The translations under genes were made by a program, and so were the position numbers. Of a DNA stretch of 64,000 nt, positions 1-13,638 are shown piece after piece (the stretch's first letter is position 1; every line of letters begins with the position of its first letter). The stretch is from Mobula hypostoma (taxonomy: Eukaryota). Location of the stretch: NCBI RefSeq assembly GCF_963921235.1, contig NC_086108.1, forward strand, positions 70,682,001 to 70,746,000, written 5' to 3'. The notes under the pieces are model-generated. The model did not search any database. It had not been told where the DNA came from and saw only the letters and a program-made list of their open reading frames with translations.

Positions 1-519
1 TAACTAGTCGTGTTTGAACATTCAATCGTAGATTAACAGATTAATACAGTTTAGAGGAAGCCTTTGGGTCCATTCTGTTGATTATTACAACTGACCAGTT
101 ATTTCACTGTTTTTCAGAGTAATATTTTTGCCTTTGATTTCTTTTTTTCATTTGATGGATTCTTTACACGGGCATATTCTTTACACTTTATTCGAGGGAT
201 CTCACTAACTTCAAATACTTTTAAACAGTCCTTCTGATGCATCTAATTATTTTGCTGGTTAAATCTTTGTCCTCTTGTTGATAACTTTCGGCTCCCAGAA
301 GCAATTTCTTCTCCCTCTGTCAAATACCCCTTAACCACCTCTGTCCGAAGGAATTGATTCTGGCTTCTCTAGATTCTCCATGAAACTGATGTTGCTTATC
401 CTGGTTCAATTCTCTTAATCCCTTCTGCACATTCTCTCTGATTTCAATCCTCCAGAAGCACGGTGAGCAGAATTCGGCAGCAGCCTAACCGATGATCTTT
501 AAAAGCTAAATAGATATGT

Positions 520-1035
520 TTCAGAATCAGATTTATCATCACTAACTTAATGATGTAAAATGTTGTTTTGTGTGATAGTATAGTGCAAAGACATAAAACT
601 ACAAAGATGAATAGTGCAAAAAGAAGGAATAATGAGGCATTGTCCATGGGATCACTGTTAAGAGGTCTGATGGCAGAGGGGGAAAAGCTATTTCTGAATG
701 GTTGAGTGTAGGCCAGGCTTCTCCAATGGTAGTAGTGAGAAGAAGGCATATCCCAGATGGTGAGAACTAACTTTAGAGACGGATGCTGCCTTCTTGAAGC
801 ACTGCCTCTTGAAGATGCCCTCAATAGTGGGGAGGGTTTTGTGCCTGTGATGGGATTGACTGACTCTACAACCGTCTGCAGCCCCTTGCAATACAATCAT
901 GTGCATTGGAGCCTCCATATCAAACTGTGATTCACACAGTCAGAGTGCTCCCCACTGTACATCTATAGAAATGTGAAGTGGCTCTGGTGAAATACTGTAC
1001 CTCCTCAAACTTGTAACAGAGTAGAGCTGCTGGTG
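520..1035 (-). mobile_element. Rex/Babar LINE 3' fragment
   Basis: Peptides LPTIEGIFKRQCFKKAAS and FRNSFSPSAIR; tail tcagaatcag. Confidence 0.7.
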
Positions 1036-1264
1036 TTTTTGCACTGTGCCAATAAGGCCAAGGAAACCATTTGCTCAACTATTCATTGTGTTCCTGCATC
1101 TTTTTAAAAATCATATCAATTACAGTAGTTCATGTTGCTTCTTTCTAAAAAAGTTGTCATGAAAGCATATTTCTTTATGTTAAATTCCAAGTGGCATTAA
1201 ACTCAACTCATTCATCTAGTTATGTCATTTCGAAATGTTATTACTATTAATTATTATTATTATT

Positions 1265-1998
1265 AAGAAAACAACCTCTCCCTCATTGTCAGAAAAACAA
1301 AGGAGCTGGTTGTGGATTACAGGAGGAATGGAGATGGGTTAACCCCTATTAACATCAATGGATCTGGGGTTGAGAGGGTGAACAGCTTTAAGTTCCTCAG
1401 CATAAAAATCACGGAGGATCTCACATGGTCTGTACAAACTGGCTGTGTGGTGAAAAAAGCACAACAGCACTTCTTTCACCTCAGACGGTTGAGGAAGTTT
1501 GATATGGGCCCCCAAATCCTAAGAACTTTCTACAGGGGCACAATTGAGAGTATCCTGACTGGCTGCATCACTGCCTGGTGTGGGAACTGTACCTCCCTCA
1601 ATCACAGGATTCTATAGAGAGTAGTGTGGACAGCCCAGCACATCTGTAGTTGTGAACTTCCCATGATTCAGGACATTTACAAGGACAGGTGTGAAAAAAG
1701 GGCCCATAGGATCATTGGGGACCCGAGTCACCCCAACCATATTCTATATTCCAGCTGCTACCATCTGGGAAACAGTACCGCAGCATAAAATCCAGGATCA
1801 ACAGGCTCTGGGACCGGTTCTTCCACCAGGCCATCAGACTGATTAACTCATGCTGATTTGAGTGTATTTCTATGTTACAATGACTGTTCTATTTATTATA
1901 AATTTCTATGATTGCACATTTAGATGGAGATGTAATGTAAAGATTTTTACTCCTCATGTATGTGAAGGATGTAAGAAATAAAGTCAATTCAATTCAAT
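1265..1998 (+). mobile_element. Rex/Babar LINE 3' fragment, (CAATT)n-tail family
   Basis: Peptide DYRRNGDGLTPININGSGVERVNSFKFL...FYRGTIESILTGCITAW and tail aataaagtcaattcaattcaat. Confidence 0.85.
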
Positions 1999-2319
1999 AT
2001 TACTACTCTTCTAACCTTAGTATTCCCTGCACACTTTTTGAATTTATGTCTTGTATGCCCAATCAGCAGTTGACCTGCGATTCAGAACTCAGAGAGCACT
2101 GTAGTGTGTATTCCTTATGTTTGAAATTGAGTTCCCTAACACTCTCAGCATTCGCTCTCTGTCATATCTTATTTACCAATACTTCCAGTGACTCTGACCA
2201 CATTAAAATTATGGAATTGACATGTCCAATATGTGTTTGTTTCCAAACATCGTTGAAAGACTAAATACATTACATCAGATATGTTATCTTCATCACTGAG
2301 AATTTACTCAACATGATTT

Positions 2320-3309
2320 CCTTCTACTCCCTGTACACTCATGGCTGTGTGGCTGGATTCTGCTCTAACTCCATCTGCAAATTTTCAGATGATCCCACTG
2401 TAGTGGGCCAAATCTCCAATAACAATGAGTCAGAGTGCAAGGTGGGATGTACAGAGTTTAGTAACATATTGTCAAGGCATCAACTTTTCTCCCAACAGTA
2501 CCAAATCAAAACAGCTAGTCATTGAATTCAGGAAGGTGGTGGGGGAGCAGGTAGGGGATGTTTGTGGGCACACACTACATGTCTTTGTCAGTGGTCCTGA
2601 GGTTGAGAGCTTTAAATTCCTTGTCTTGATCCAACCACATAGACATCATGGTCAAGAAAGCTCACCAATGCCTGTACTTCCTCAATGCTAAGGAAAGTTT
2701 TCACGCCTTGTTGACCCTTTGCAATTTTTAGCCTCTCCTCCATGGACTGTGTCTATACTTCTCACTGTCTCAGTAAAGCAGCCAGCATAATCAAAGACAT
2801 CACCCACCCTGGACATTCTTGAATTGCATTGAAATATTACTTGTATCCTTCACATATGTGAGGAGTAAAAATCCTTTACGTTATGTCTCTGTCTAAATGT
2901 GCAATGTGCAATCATAGTAATTTATAATAAATAAAACAATCAATGTAACATTTCTTCTCCCCTCTCCCACTGAGAAGAAGATACTAACACCTGAAAGCAT
3001 GTCCCACCAGGCTTAAGGATCACTTCTGCCCCACTGATAGGAGACTACTGAATGGTCCCCCAGTATGATGAAACAAACTCTTCACTTATAATCTACCTCA
3101 TTATGACCTTGCACCTTATTGTCTACACGCACTGCACTTTCTCTGTAGGTGCTACACTTCACTCTGCATTCTGTTACTGTTACCGTATCCGTTACCTTGT
3201 ACTGCCTCAATGCACTGTCTAATGATTTGATCTGTATGAACAGAATGTAAGACAAGCTTTCCACTGTACCTTGGTCCATTGACAATAATAAACCAGTTCC
3301 AATTCCAAT
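2320..3309 (+). mobile_element. Rex/Babar LINE fragment with a short antisense LINE tail nested at about 2820-2950
   Basis: Peptide YSLYTHGCVAGFCSNSICKFSDDPTVVG; tail aataaaccagttccaattccaat. Confidence 0.7.
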
Positions 3310-6300
3310 GTCCTAAGGTCACGCAAGGCAATAGATAAAGGCAAGTCTTCCCTGATTTTTTTAAACAGTGAGTGTAACATAGCAGCCCTTCTGCATCCAG
3401 GAAGAATTGGAAGAATGTGCTCAAGTTTTTCACACCTTCCACCCTTGCTTTACTTCGCAACTTAGGATGCAACTTTTTGGGTCAGGTGATGTTCCTAATT
3501 TAAGGATGACCAACTTTTAAATACTTCCTTTCTTTCTATTGTTCTGCTGTCCCATATTATTTTTACCTCTGTCTGTATTGTATTATTGACATGATCTTCT
3601 TCCTTAATGAAAATCTCATTTAGGACTTCTTTAAACATCCCTATCCTTATTCCTCAATCGTAACTAATAGATCTGTATTCTGTTCTTCAGTTAAACAATT
3701 TGTCTGTTCTGTTTTTATTTGTTCAATCTCCTTTTTCTCCCTTGCCTTTTTGCAACACGTTGAAGTCAGGAATATTGACCACACAAAAGTGGGAACAACT
3801 GTACTTGACATCAAGAAAGATTTGACCAAGTGTGGCATCAAGGACCTAAATAAAACTGAAAAAGCATCAACTGGAAAACACACAAATGTTTGGAGTCATT
3901 CCTTGAACAAAGTGTTTTGGCTTTTGGAGGTCAATCATCCCACCCCAAGGATATCACTACAGAGTTTTCAAGATGTATCCTATCAAAACCACCTTTCAAC
4001 TGCTTCATCAACTATGTTTTTTTTTCCCTATCATAATGTCAAAGGTAAGGAAGTTCACTGATTGTAGTACAAAGATCACTTCCATTCTTAACTGCTCAGT
4101 AAGTGAAGCAGCCTACGCTTGCGTGTAGCACAACCCACATTCAAACATGGACGTGACAAATATTTTTCATGCCTCTAAATCATCCCAGGCAATAGCTCTC
4201 TACAAGAAACACTATCCACCTACCTTTGGGTTTCACTGATATCACCATTGACATCCTGGGCAAATCTAATCCTCATTTAATTTAGTATACCCTCTGTTTA
4301 TCTTCCTTTTTATATCCAGGCTTGTTTTGTGAAGATTTCTATTCTACTCCCGTTGTGCTAGTTTCCCACATTCACATGAAGCACTGGCATCACCATGGTT
4401 TGGGAACAATCTGTCCCATCAATTGAGCTCCTTGGTCTTCTAGTGCTTGTGCTTCACTGGAAATAAGCCCTGCTTTTCCACACTGGTCTTTAGCTTTAAG
4501 TATCCTAATCTATCACAATTTATAGAAGCTTGAGAAGTAGAACTTTTTAATTTAACTTTCTCTTCCTGAGCAGGCAAGAGGAAGTTCAATTCCTACTGAT
4601 GTTGGTTGTTCCAACACAGACCTCAATAACTGGATTTTTCCATTCCATTCCAAATTTCTCTTCAATTTATAGAACAGTACCATAATCATTTAGACTGAGG
4701 AGTGGTGTTCTTACTCATACAAAATGAATACTACTTGTTGAGGATAAATGCTGCTTAGGTAGACCCTGCAACTTTTCAAGGAAAATTGAATAATATTTGA
4801 AGGAAAGGAAGCTATGGAGCTATGTGAAGAGTGTAGGGCAGTAATGTAATTTCTGTATTGCAGAAGCAAAGAGCCTATGTGTAACACAGAGACGTGAGAC
4901 ATTTGGAACCTATGTGTAAATTTTGGAATGTATTTGTCTATGCTGTAAACTCTGCAATGCTGGTATTTAATCACTGCAATGGCAATTGCAGTGCCATTGC
5001 CATTTAAGATTGCACCTAGCTACCACCTCCTGAGTCCTTAGTAAGTCATTTTTTTAAATGAGTTTAACCTCGGTAATCAGAAAATTCATATGGCTTTCTA
5101 TATTTTGGTTCCCATCTTTTAAAACAAGATACTAAGACAGATATCAGGAAATTTGTCTGACCCAAATGAAATGTCTGAGAGTGATTTGAATTGGGGCCTT
5201 TGGTCTCATTTCAATAACTTAAATAATGCTTTCCAAATCATTACAAGGATGAAAATCTCTCTATTTTTAGTTGCATCTGTTAATATCACTTAGCTTTAAA
5301 TGTAAAGACATTTCACCTTGTGTTGTAAACAGACAACTTACCTCTTTAACAAATGGAACTTGTTTGCTTCACTTGGGACAAAATATCATGCAGTCATGAA
5401 AAGAACTGCATTTAGTAAATACTTGTGCTGGTTTTTTTCTATCGTAGGTTCGTGTGCAGAAAAAATTTCTAACTATGCCAACGGCCTTGCTATTTTCAAT
5501 GCACTCCTGGCTGGCTTCCTGCATTTCACATGTCATCAAGTAAGACGTCTGTTGTTCTAATTTCCACCGCTTGCCCAACCCCTTTCTGTGCTGCCTGGCA
5601 TTGACACCTGGTTAAATACTTTGTCAATTAAAAAATTCTTCTTTTCAAATCCCTTCATCATCTTGGAGGGACTCCCCTCCCCCAATCTTTGTGTTTCTCC
5701 TTCGGCCCTGTAACATAACCCCATCCTAGGTTTTTTCTCATCCAAGAACTTGCCAAGCCATTGGCAGCCATGCCATCAGGTGTTGAGGACCTAAGTTCTG
5801 GATTCCTTCCTAAAGCCTCACCATTTCCCTTTCCTCCTTTAAAATGCTTTAAAATCTACCTTTTTGATTCAGATTTTAATCTAGTTGCTCTTTACGTGGC
5901 TCCATGATGTGTTTCAGAGCATCCCTGGACACTTTGATAGTTTTTGTTATTCAATATTTATTACAGTTGCCTTGCACTTCCTTTTCACAAGAGGGCACTA
6001 TTGATCAATTGCACAGCAGTTAAAAATACTTTAACATGATTTCACACAGTTGAAGTATTGATCTCTTATTTGGACATTGGTTCCGGGGAAGGTGATGCCT
6101 ATGCACATTCTGATATTCAGCAAATTTTTGACTTTTGAATCGGAAGTTAGATACAAGCCGGAGGTCTGACAGTACCCAAATATTCATTGCAGCTGCTCAT
6201 TTGGTGCCCTCCTGTGTTCCTTTCCCGTTCCTATCTATCCATCAAGGTTCTCTCTCCCTTTTTTTCACCTCTCCCATTCTCTGCTCTCTTACTTCTAACT

Positions 6301-6509
6301 TAGACTTGTTTTCTACCCTCACCCTGATCTACTTGCCCATCATCCCTATCCCACCTTTAACCTACTAGTCCCTGACTCACCCTTGCCTCTCGCCTCTTTA
6401 TATTGGTTACTTCCCCTCGACAGAATGTCCTGGTACTGTATGAGAGGTTATTCGTAAATGAACAATTCACAAGTGAAGACATGCCAGTGAAAAATTCTGT
6501 CAGTCATTA

Positions 6510-9482
6510 GGGAGGCGGATTCAACAAGGTAGTGCTGATAAGTGGTGATGCTTTGTGTTCAGTCACGAACCAGCACATCCAGATGCCTTCCCTGTCATTG
6601 TGAGGGATTTCAACCAGGCCAGCTTGAAGAAGTCTCTGAACAACGACCACCAGCATATCATCTGTGGAACCAGAGGAGCCAACACACTTGACCACTGTCA
6701 TACCACCATCAAGAACACTTACCACGCCCTGTGAAAGTTGCAGTAACGCGAGGATTGAAGACAATGACTAAACGAGGATAACCTGGGGCAGTTGTAGCGA
6801 AGTGAGACCACAGAGACATCTCTGCTCACTACAGATGAGATATGCGGGGGTTCCTACAGCAGTGTGTTCTCAAGCCAGACGGGTGAGGCCTCTGTAGTGG
6901 AATTTTTCCAGAAAGGTCTTCCTAAAACATAGAGTCCCTTTACACAGTAGGGAGTGCCAGGGACAGACGAGATAGAATAATGGAAGGATGTGAAACATAC
7001 CCAACAACTAAGGGACAATTGCCTTTACTAACTTCAAAATATCATTAGCTGTTGGCTTGAAACTTTCGATTGATTTTAACACCTCTTTTGTGAATGGCAA
7101 TTGATCTTGCAAATAAGGAGTTCAAGTATATCAAATTTACCAAACAGTTAATATCTGTAACTGATACGCCAATTCTGTATAATTCTGTTCCGACTTCAGA
7201 AGAATGTGGGTGACGGGCCCATGCTGTTCTCCTTGTGCACAAACATAATTAAAAGAATGTTTGAGTCATAAGATTGCTTGTGTTCTGGGCCCAGTTATTT
7301 TAATTATTTTATCTAATTTTATTTTATTTTATTATTGGCGATAACAGCCACAATTTGAAAAGTCTGATCACTAGTAACTCCTACTCCTGGAATACAGGCA
7401 GAGACTAAACTCAGTACAGCAACTGTGGTGAGGACCAAGAAAGTACGGTCAAAAGGGAGGTGGGGAGGGGGGTGCTTAAAGGACTGCTTTGAGTAGGTGG
7501 ACTGGACAATTTGTAGGGACCTATCTTCAAATCTGAATGAATATGCCACAGTTGTTACTGGCTTTATCAAAATCTTTGTGGGTGAGCGTGTGCCTTCGAG
7601 AACATACCAGGCATACCCAAACCAAAGGCCATGGATGAGCCAGGAGATTCGTAGTCTGCTGAGGGCCAGAATTGTGGCTTTTAAGACTGGTGATCCAGAA
7701 CTATGCAAGAAGTCCAGGTGTGACCAATGGAAGGGTACTTTAAGAGCTAAGAAACAATTCTGACTGAGGTTAGAGACAGAATCAGATGCTCATCAGCTCT
7801 GGCAGTGTTTGCAGTCCATTACTTCCTACAAGGCAAAGCCTAACATCATGAGTTGCTGTGGTGTTTCACTCTCTAATTTGCTCAACACTGTTTATGCACG
7901 CTTTGAATGGGAGAATAAAACTACACCTGTGCAAATGCCAGCAGCATCTGATCACCCTGTGACCTCTGTCTTGGAAGCCAATGTCATAACATCTTTGGCG
8001 AGGGTGAACGTTCACAGGGCATCAGGCCCTGGTTTGGCACTGAAACCCTGTGTCAACCAACTGGCAGGAGTGTTCAAGGACATCTTCAACCTCTCACTTG
8101 CAGTTGAACGTTTCCACCTGCATCAAAAGGGCGTCAATCATACCAGTGCCCAAGAAGAGCAGGGTAAACTGCCTCGGCCAGTTGCTCTCATATCTACTGT
8201 GATGAAGTGCTTTGAGAGGTTGGTCATGGCCAAAATCAACTCCTGCCTAAGGAAGGACCAGGACCCATTGCAATTTGCCTATCGCTACTACATGTCTACA
8301 GTGGATGCAGTCTCACTCTCTACTTGGCCGTGGATCACCTGGACAATAGCAATAGGAACGTCAAGCTACGGCTAATTGTTAACAACTCAGTGCTCAGCAC
8401 CATCAAACCTTCAGTACTTAGCAACAAACTCCAAAATCTGGATACCTCCCTCTGCAGCTGGATCTTGGACTTCCTCATTGTGAGACCATAGTCAGTGCCG
8501 ATTGGAAATAACATCTCCTCCTCACTGACAATCAGCACTGGCACCGCACAAGAACGTGTGCTTAGCTCACTGGTCTACTCTGTCTACACCCATGATGCAC
8601 AGCTCAAACGCCATCTGTAAGTTTGCCGATGACACAGCCACTGTTGACAGAATTTCAGATGTTGATGAAAAGGCGTACAGAGTGAGACAGCTCATCTAGT
8701 TGGGTGGTGCCAGAACAAAAACCTTGCACTCAATGTCAGAAAGTCCAAGAAACTGATTGTGGATTTCAGGAAGGAGGAGTTGAGGGAACACACACCAGTC
8801 CTCATCGAGGGATCAGGAGTGGAAAGGGTGAGCAGTTTGAAGTTCCTGGCTGTCAACATCTCTGCAGATCTATCTTGGGACCAGCGTATTGATGCAATCA
8901 CAAAGAAGGCATAGTAGCAGTTGTATTTCGTAAGGAGTCTGAAGAGACTGGGTAAGACAACAAAGACACTTGCAAATGTTTACAGGTGTTCTGTGGATAG
9001 CATTCCAACTGGTTGCATCGCTGTCTGGAATGGAGGGTTGACTACACGGGATTGGGAAAAGCTGGAGAAAGTTGTGAACTCAGCCAGTTACATCATGGGC
9101 AGTAGCCTGCCTTGCATCGAGGACATCTTCAAAAGGCAATTCCTCAAAAAGGCAGCATCCTTCATTAAGGACCCCTATCATCCAGGACATGCTGTCCTCT
9201 CATTGCTACCATCGAGGAGGGTGTACGGGAGACTGATGACACACACTCCGAACTTTAGGAACAGCTTCTTCCCCTCCACCATCAGGTTTCTGAATGAACA
9301 ATGAACCCCTGTACACAATTTTCTTTTGCTCTTTTTGCACTACTTATTAATTGAAATATTTTAAAGCTTTTTTTATTGTAATTATAGTTTTTTTATTATT
9401 GTGTATTGCAATATACTGCTGCCGCAAAACAACACACTTCATGTCATAAGCCAGTGATAGGAAACCGGATTCTGATTTTGAT
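6510..9482 (+). mobile_element. Degraded Rex/Babar LINE, (GATTCT)n-tail family
   Basis: APE fragment, RT motifs ([30 protein letters not shown]) and a C-terminal region; interrupted at 6730-7346. Confidence 0.85.
6730..7346 (+). mobile_element. Solo-LTR candidate, about 617 bp, inserted in a Rex/Babar LINE
   Basis: TGTGA...TAACA termini with an imperfect GCCC/GCCA duplication. It splits an endonuclease-coding stretch that resumes at 7347, and contains an ATTAAA near the 3' end. Confidence 0.5.
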
Positions 9483-11375
9483 TAATTTGGAGGCAGCATC
9501 TGGTCTATTTTAATTTGGGTGAAAATCAGTGGATCACCCATGTCATTGCTCATGAACAAGTCCAAAAGCAAAGTTTATCCACACCATTTCCCACTCTTAG
9601 CTCCTTACTGCTCTTCTTGTTCCTGGATAACAAAGTTTGATCCTTTTGGAATCTGCCTGGCCATCTACGAGCTATTGGAAGGGACTTTCTGATTGGAGTC
9701 AACCCCAAAAGGATAAGGAGCAAAGAAAAGAAGTAGGTTGGAAAGAGAAGACATGGGTCAAACATGAGCAGATAGGACGAGCATAGATTGGAATCCTGGT
9801 CAGCATGAACCTGTTGGGCCAAAAGGCCTGTTTCTTTTCTGTCTGACTATGACTGTACAGGGAGGAACAAGCTTGGGCCATTCTCCACAGTTAGGAAACA
9901 GGGTTTTGAATTTTATGATTGAAACATGTTTTCCAAATGGTGACATATTGATCCACAGTAAAAAAAAACTGTGTGAATCCATGAATAGAGCAATCAAGCT
10001 AGGTCATAAAGAATTACCAAAATTTCATTGGGAAGAAGCTTTCATACCTGATCTTTTTGTGTGCTTGCTTTGTTTTAATTTTAGTAACTGCTCCTTATTA
10101 GAAAGAAGTTCTTTTTCTTTTCAAGAATGTAGGTGACTTTATTGTAGAAGCTCATCTTTGGCCACCAGCACTACAGGTCCTCTCCAGCTTCTGAATGTCT
10201 GAGTTATTGCACGCTGAACCTATGAGGGGGCACTTGGGAGACTAGCAGAATAGCTGGAGATGGATTTATCGGCCACTGCCGGATAGGGAGTTGGGAATTT
10301 CAATGTGTCTTCTCTCCACGACGCCTGTCCCTCTCCCCTTATACCATCTAAGTGCCACAATAATTGGGTGTGGGTCAAGTCAAACAAAACTGGGAGTATT
10401 GAGCTTGTTCGTGAAGCTGGCTGGTGGCTGCTTTTCTCATTCCTGCTCCCCCTCTCCTCACAGCCATTTCTCTTATCCTCCTCCACATGCTGTTATTTGT
10501 TCACTTCTCATTTTATGAACAATTCCAGTTACAAACAATTCTTAGGAATTAAACCATATTATAATCTGCGGACTGCCTGTGTTCTGTACAGATCATATTC
10601 TTGTGTCCCCCACTTTGATTCCAATACAACTGAGCATTTGAAGGGAATACCACTGGCAGCTGATAATTTAATGCCACGTAGACAAAATTCTGTGCATTTG
10701 GCACTAGTGACTGTAAATAAATTTCACCCTATAGATTCTCCTATTTGGAACAGCTGCAAGTCCAATAATGGCATTGTTCAGGTAATGCACCATTACCCTT
10801 CATGCTCTTAATGGTTTTCTGCTCTCTTACAGTCAGATCAATAGAAGACATGATGAGGATCCTGTTGCACTCTTTCTTTTATGATTTGTTGCCTTAGAAA
10901 CAGAAAAGAGAGAGAGAATTACAATGGCAGTCTTTTTAACCCTTATTTAAAGCTCAAGAAGAGCAGACCTAGCTACAAGTAGGAATGCTTCCATCAATTG
11001 CTGTAGTTTTATTCATACCTATTAATTTTGTATTCATAATTAAATTGGTTATGTTATATCTTGGCAGTATTAAAATTTTGAGTTGTTTGCAACCCTGCAA
11101 ATCATTGCAAACCGTGCACTTGACAGCATGTGAATTGGCCAACGTACATTTCACAAATTGACTTTCAATAACAAACACAAAATGTCACCATTTTCAAACA
11201 ATTGGTTTTAGCAAGGCTTCGCTTTGTAACACTCCTCCAGTGAATGGCATAGCTTGACTTGCTGCATGCATTTTTTTGTATAAAGGCTTGTATCACTTCT
11301 TAATACTGAGAACCTAGCTGACTAGAAACTGCCAATGTACAAAGAAACAATGGCCTGTTGTGCATTATAGAAATA

Positions 11376-12050
11376 TACTCAGTGGTCACTTTATTAGGTA
11401 CTTCCTGTGCCTAATAAAGTAGCCACTCAGTAAATGTTCATGGTCTCTTGCTGTAGACCATCCACTTCAAGGTTTGATGTGATGTGTGTTCACAGATGCT
11501 CTTCTGCACACCACTATTGTATCGTGTGGTTATTTGAGTTACTGTTGCCTTCCTCTCAGCTTGAACTAGTCTGGCCATTCTCCTCTGAACTCTCTCATTA
11601 ACAAGGTGTTTTCACCCACAAAACTGCTACTTACTGGATGTTTTTCAATATTTCAACATTCTCTGTAAACTCTAGAAACTTTTATGCATGAAAATCCCAA
11701 GGGAATCGTAGTTTCTGAGATACTCAATGCACCCCGCCTGGCACCGATCAAAGTCACGTAGATCACATGTCTTCCCTATTCCGATATTTGGTTTGAACAA
11801 CAACTGAAACTCTTGACCATGCTTTTATGCATTGAGTTGCAGCACATGATTGTGTGATTAGATAACTCACACAAAATGCTGGAGAAACTCAGCAGTCCAG
11901 GCGGCACCTATGGAAAAGAGTATAGTGGACATTTCGGGCCGAGACCCTTCAGCAGTGTGTTGCTTGGATTTTCTCTTTTTTTGTGGCTGATTAGATGCTT
12001 GCATTAACACACAGGTGTACAGGTGTGTCTAATAAAACGGCCACAGATTG
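11376..12050. mobile_element. Tc1/mariner-like non-autonomous element (MITE)
   Basis: Imperfect TIRs tactcagtggtcactttattagg and tctaataaaacggccacagattg, each flanked by TA, plus an internal TIR hairpin at 11377-11431. It carries a PLE fragment (about 11864-11987) between duplicated tgattagat. Confidence 0.7.
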
Positions 12051-13376
12051 TATATTGATTGCAGGACCTCGAGGTGATCTGGTCACACATAATACTAAGT
12101 ATAGCAGCTGACCTGGTTAGAGTAAACACCAAGCTACCGCACAAGAAACCATAGGTGGGCACCTGTTAGTAACAATGAACAGCATGGTATAATCAGAGCC
12201 ACCACACACCAATGTTCAGACCAATTTGGCAACATCCTCTAAAAGCAACACACAAATAATATCTTGGTGCAATGCTTTGTTTTGGTTGGTTTGTTATTTC
12301 AAATGAACATGAAATAAGGGTGTTAAATTGAAACCAATAGCCAACTGGAAGCACTGCTCCCTCATTTTTTCTAGACAGTGAGAGGCTGTAAAGCTCTGAT
12401 GTGCAGTGAGATATGTATGTCCTAGTTGCATGACTTGCAAAAGCCACAGGCAATATATATTATTTGTTATCAGCACAACAAATAAATATTAGGAAACATT
12501 AATATTTCAGCCACAGCAAATATATGTTAGTAGTGTTGATATATTATCACTTTATTATCAGCCACAGCAAATATATATTCAGAGCATTGCTTGAGGAATT
12601 GAATACCAAAGTAGTGAGTTCCGACTTCATTGATAGCATATCTGGAAAACTGTGTGTATTATCAGACTCCTTATCTAAGGGAGTGTGTAAATGTGTTGGA
12701 CGTTGTTCAGGGATTTAATAGATTGGTACCTAGAATGGGCAGTCTGTCTTATGAGAAAAGGTCGGACTGCCAAAGGTAGTATCTGGTGGAATTTTGAAGC
12801 GTGAACAGGCACTTGACTAGATTGAAACGTATCAGCTTCTGTGGAGTCTTGACAGCATGACAATTGAGAAGATGCCTCCTTGGTGGGAGATCTAGAACTA
12901 GATATTTCTGTTTAGGAATAAGAAGCTGTTAGTTTATGAAGAGGTAAGGGGAACACTTTATCGGAGGGTTGTGATTCTTTGCAAGTCCCTTATTCCTACT
13001 TTCTCCAGTTGATCAGCTAACAAAGTGCAAACTTCATAAAATGTTCAAATGCAGCCAATTGATAAAAGCAGTCATCAGTTTGTTATAGACTCCATACGCA
13101 CACATACATGTGTTTGATGGTTGCACTTTGACCATCATATATTCTGTTAAAGTGGATGGTTCATCTGACAAATGGTATTGTGTTGTTCTTATGCAGCACC
13201 AGATATAATTTCTCAAACTTTATTTTGTAGTTGCTTTTGCTGTTCTGAGGAGATTATATGGTACTGGAAGAGGGGCATGTCTGTAGAACAAGTATGATTC
13301 TCCCTGTGTTTTTGTTATCCTTTGGCTTTAATCTTAAACTACAATCCTTGTGTATTTTTCTGTTCTCCTTTGACAG

Positions 13377-13638
13377 GTTTCATTAGTTGTTAATGTCGCC
13401 AGTGAGTGTGGCTTCACAGAAGATCACTACAAAGACCTCCAGCAGTTGCAACGGGAATTGGGGCCAATGCATTTCAATGTCCTCGGATTCCCCTGTAACC
13501 AATTTGGGAATCAAGAGCCGGGAACTGACCAAGACATTGAGAAGTTTGTTCGCAAAACCTATGGAGTTTCCTTCCCGTTGTTCAGTAAGATTGCTGTCAA
13601 AGGCACTGGAGCAAATGCAGCATTCAAATATTTGATAG
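13377..13638 (+). CDS. GPX7: Glutathione peroxidase 7, internal coding exon (exon 2)
   Basis: Polypyrimidine tract plus AG (13375-76) and GT donor (gtgag, 13639). The 262 bp translate to VSLVVNVASECGFTEDHYKDLQQLQRELGPMHFNVLGFPCNQFGNQEPG...FSKIAVKGTGANAAFKYLI. The NVASECG (Cys, TGT at 13407-09) and FPCNQFG motifs closely match GPX7. Confidence 0.96.

Noticed and set aside
10305..10811. 168-aa ORF in GPX7 intron 1
   Set aside because: Non-ATG start, no recognisable domain and no splice evidence.
1..13376. GPX7 exon 1 (signal peptide, ...SLEKYRG)
   Set aside because: No matching peptide found by eye or in the ORF track; probably upstream of the window.
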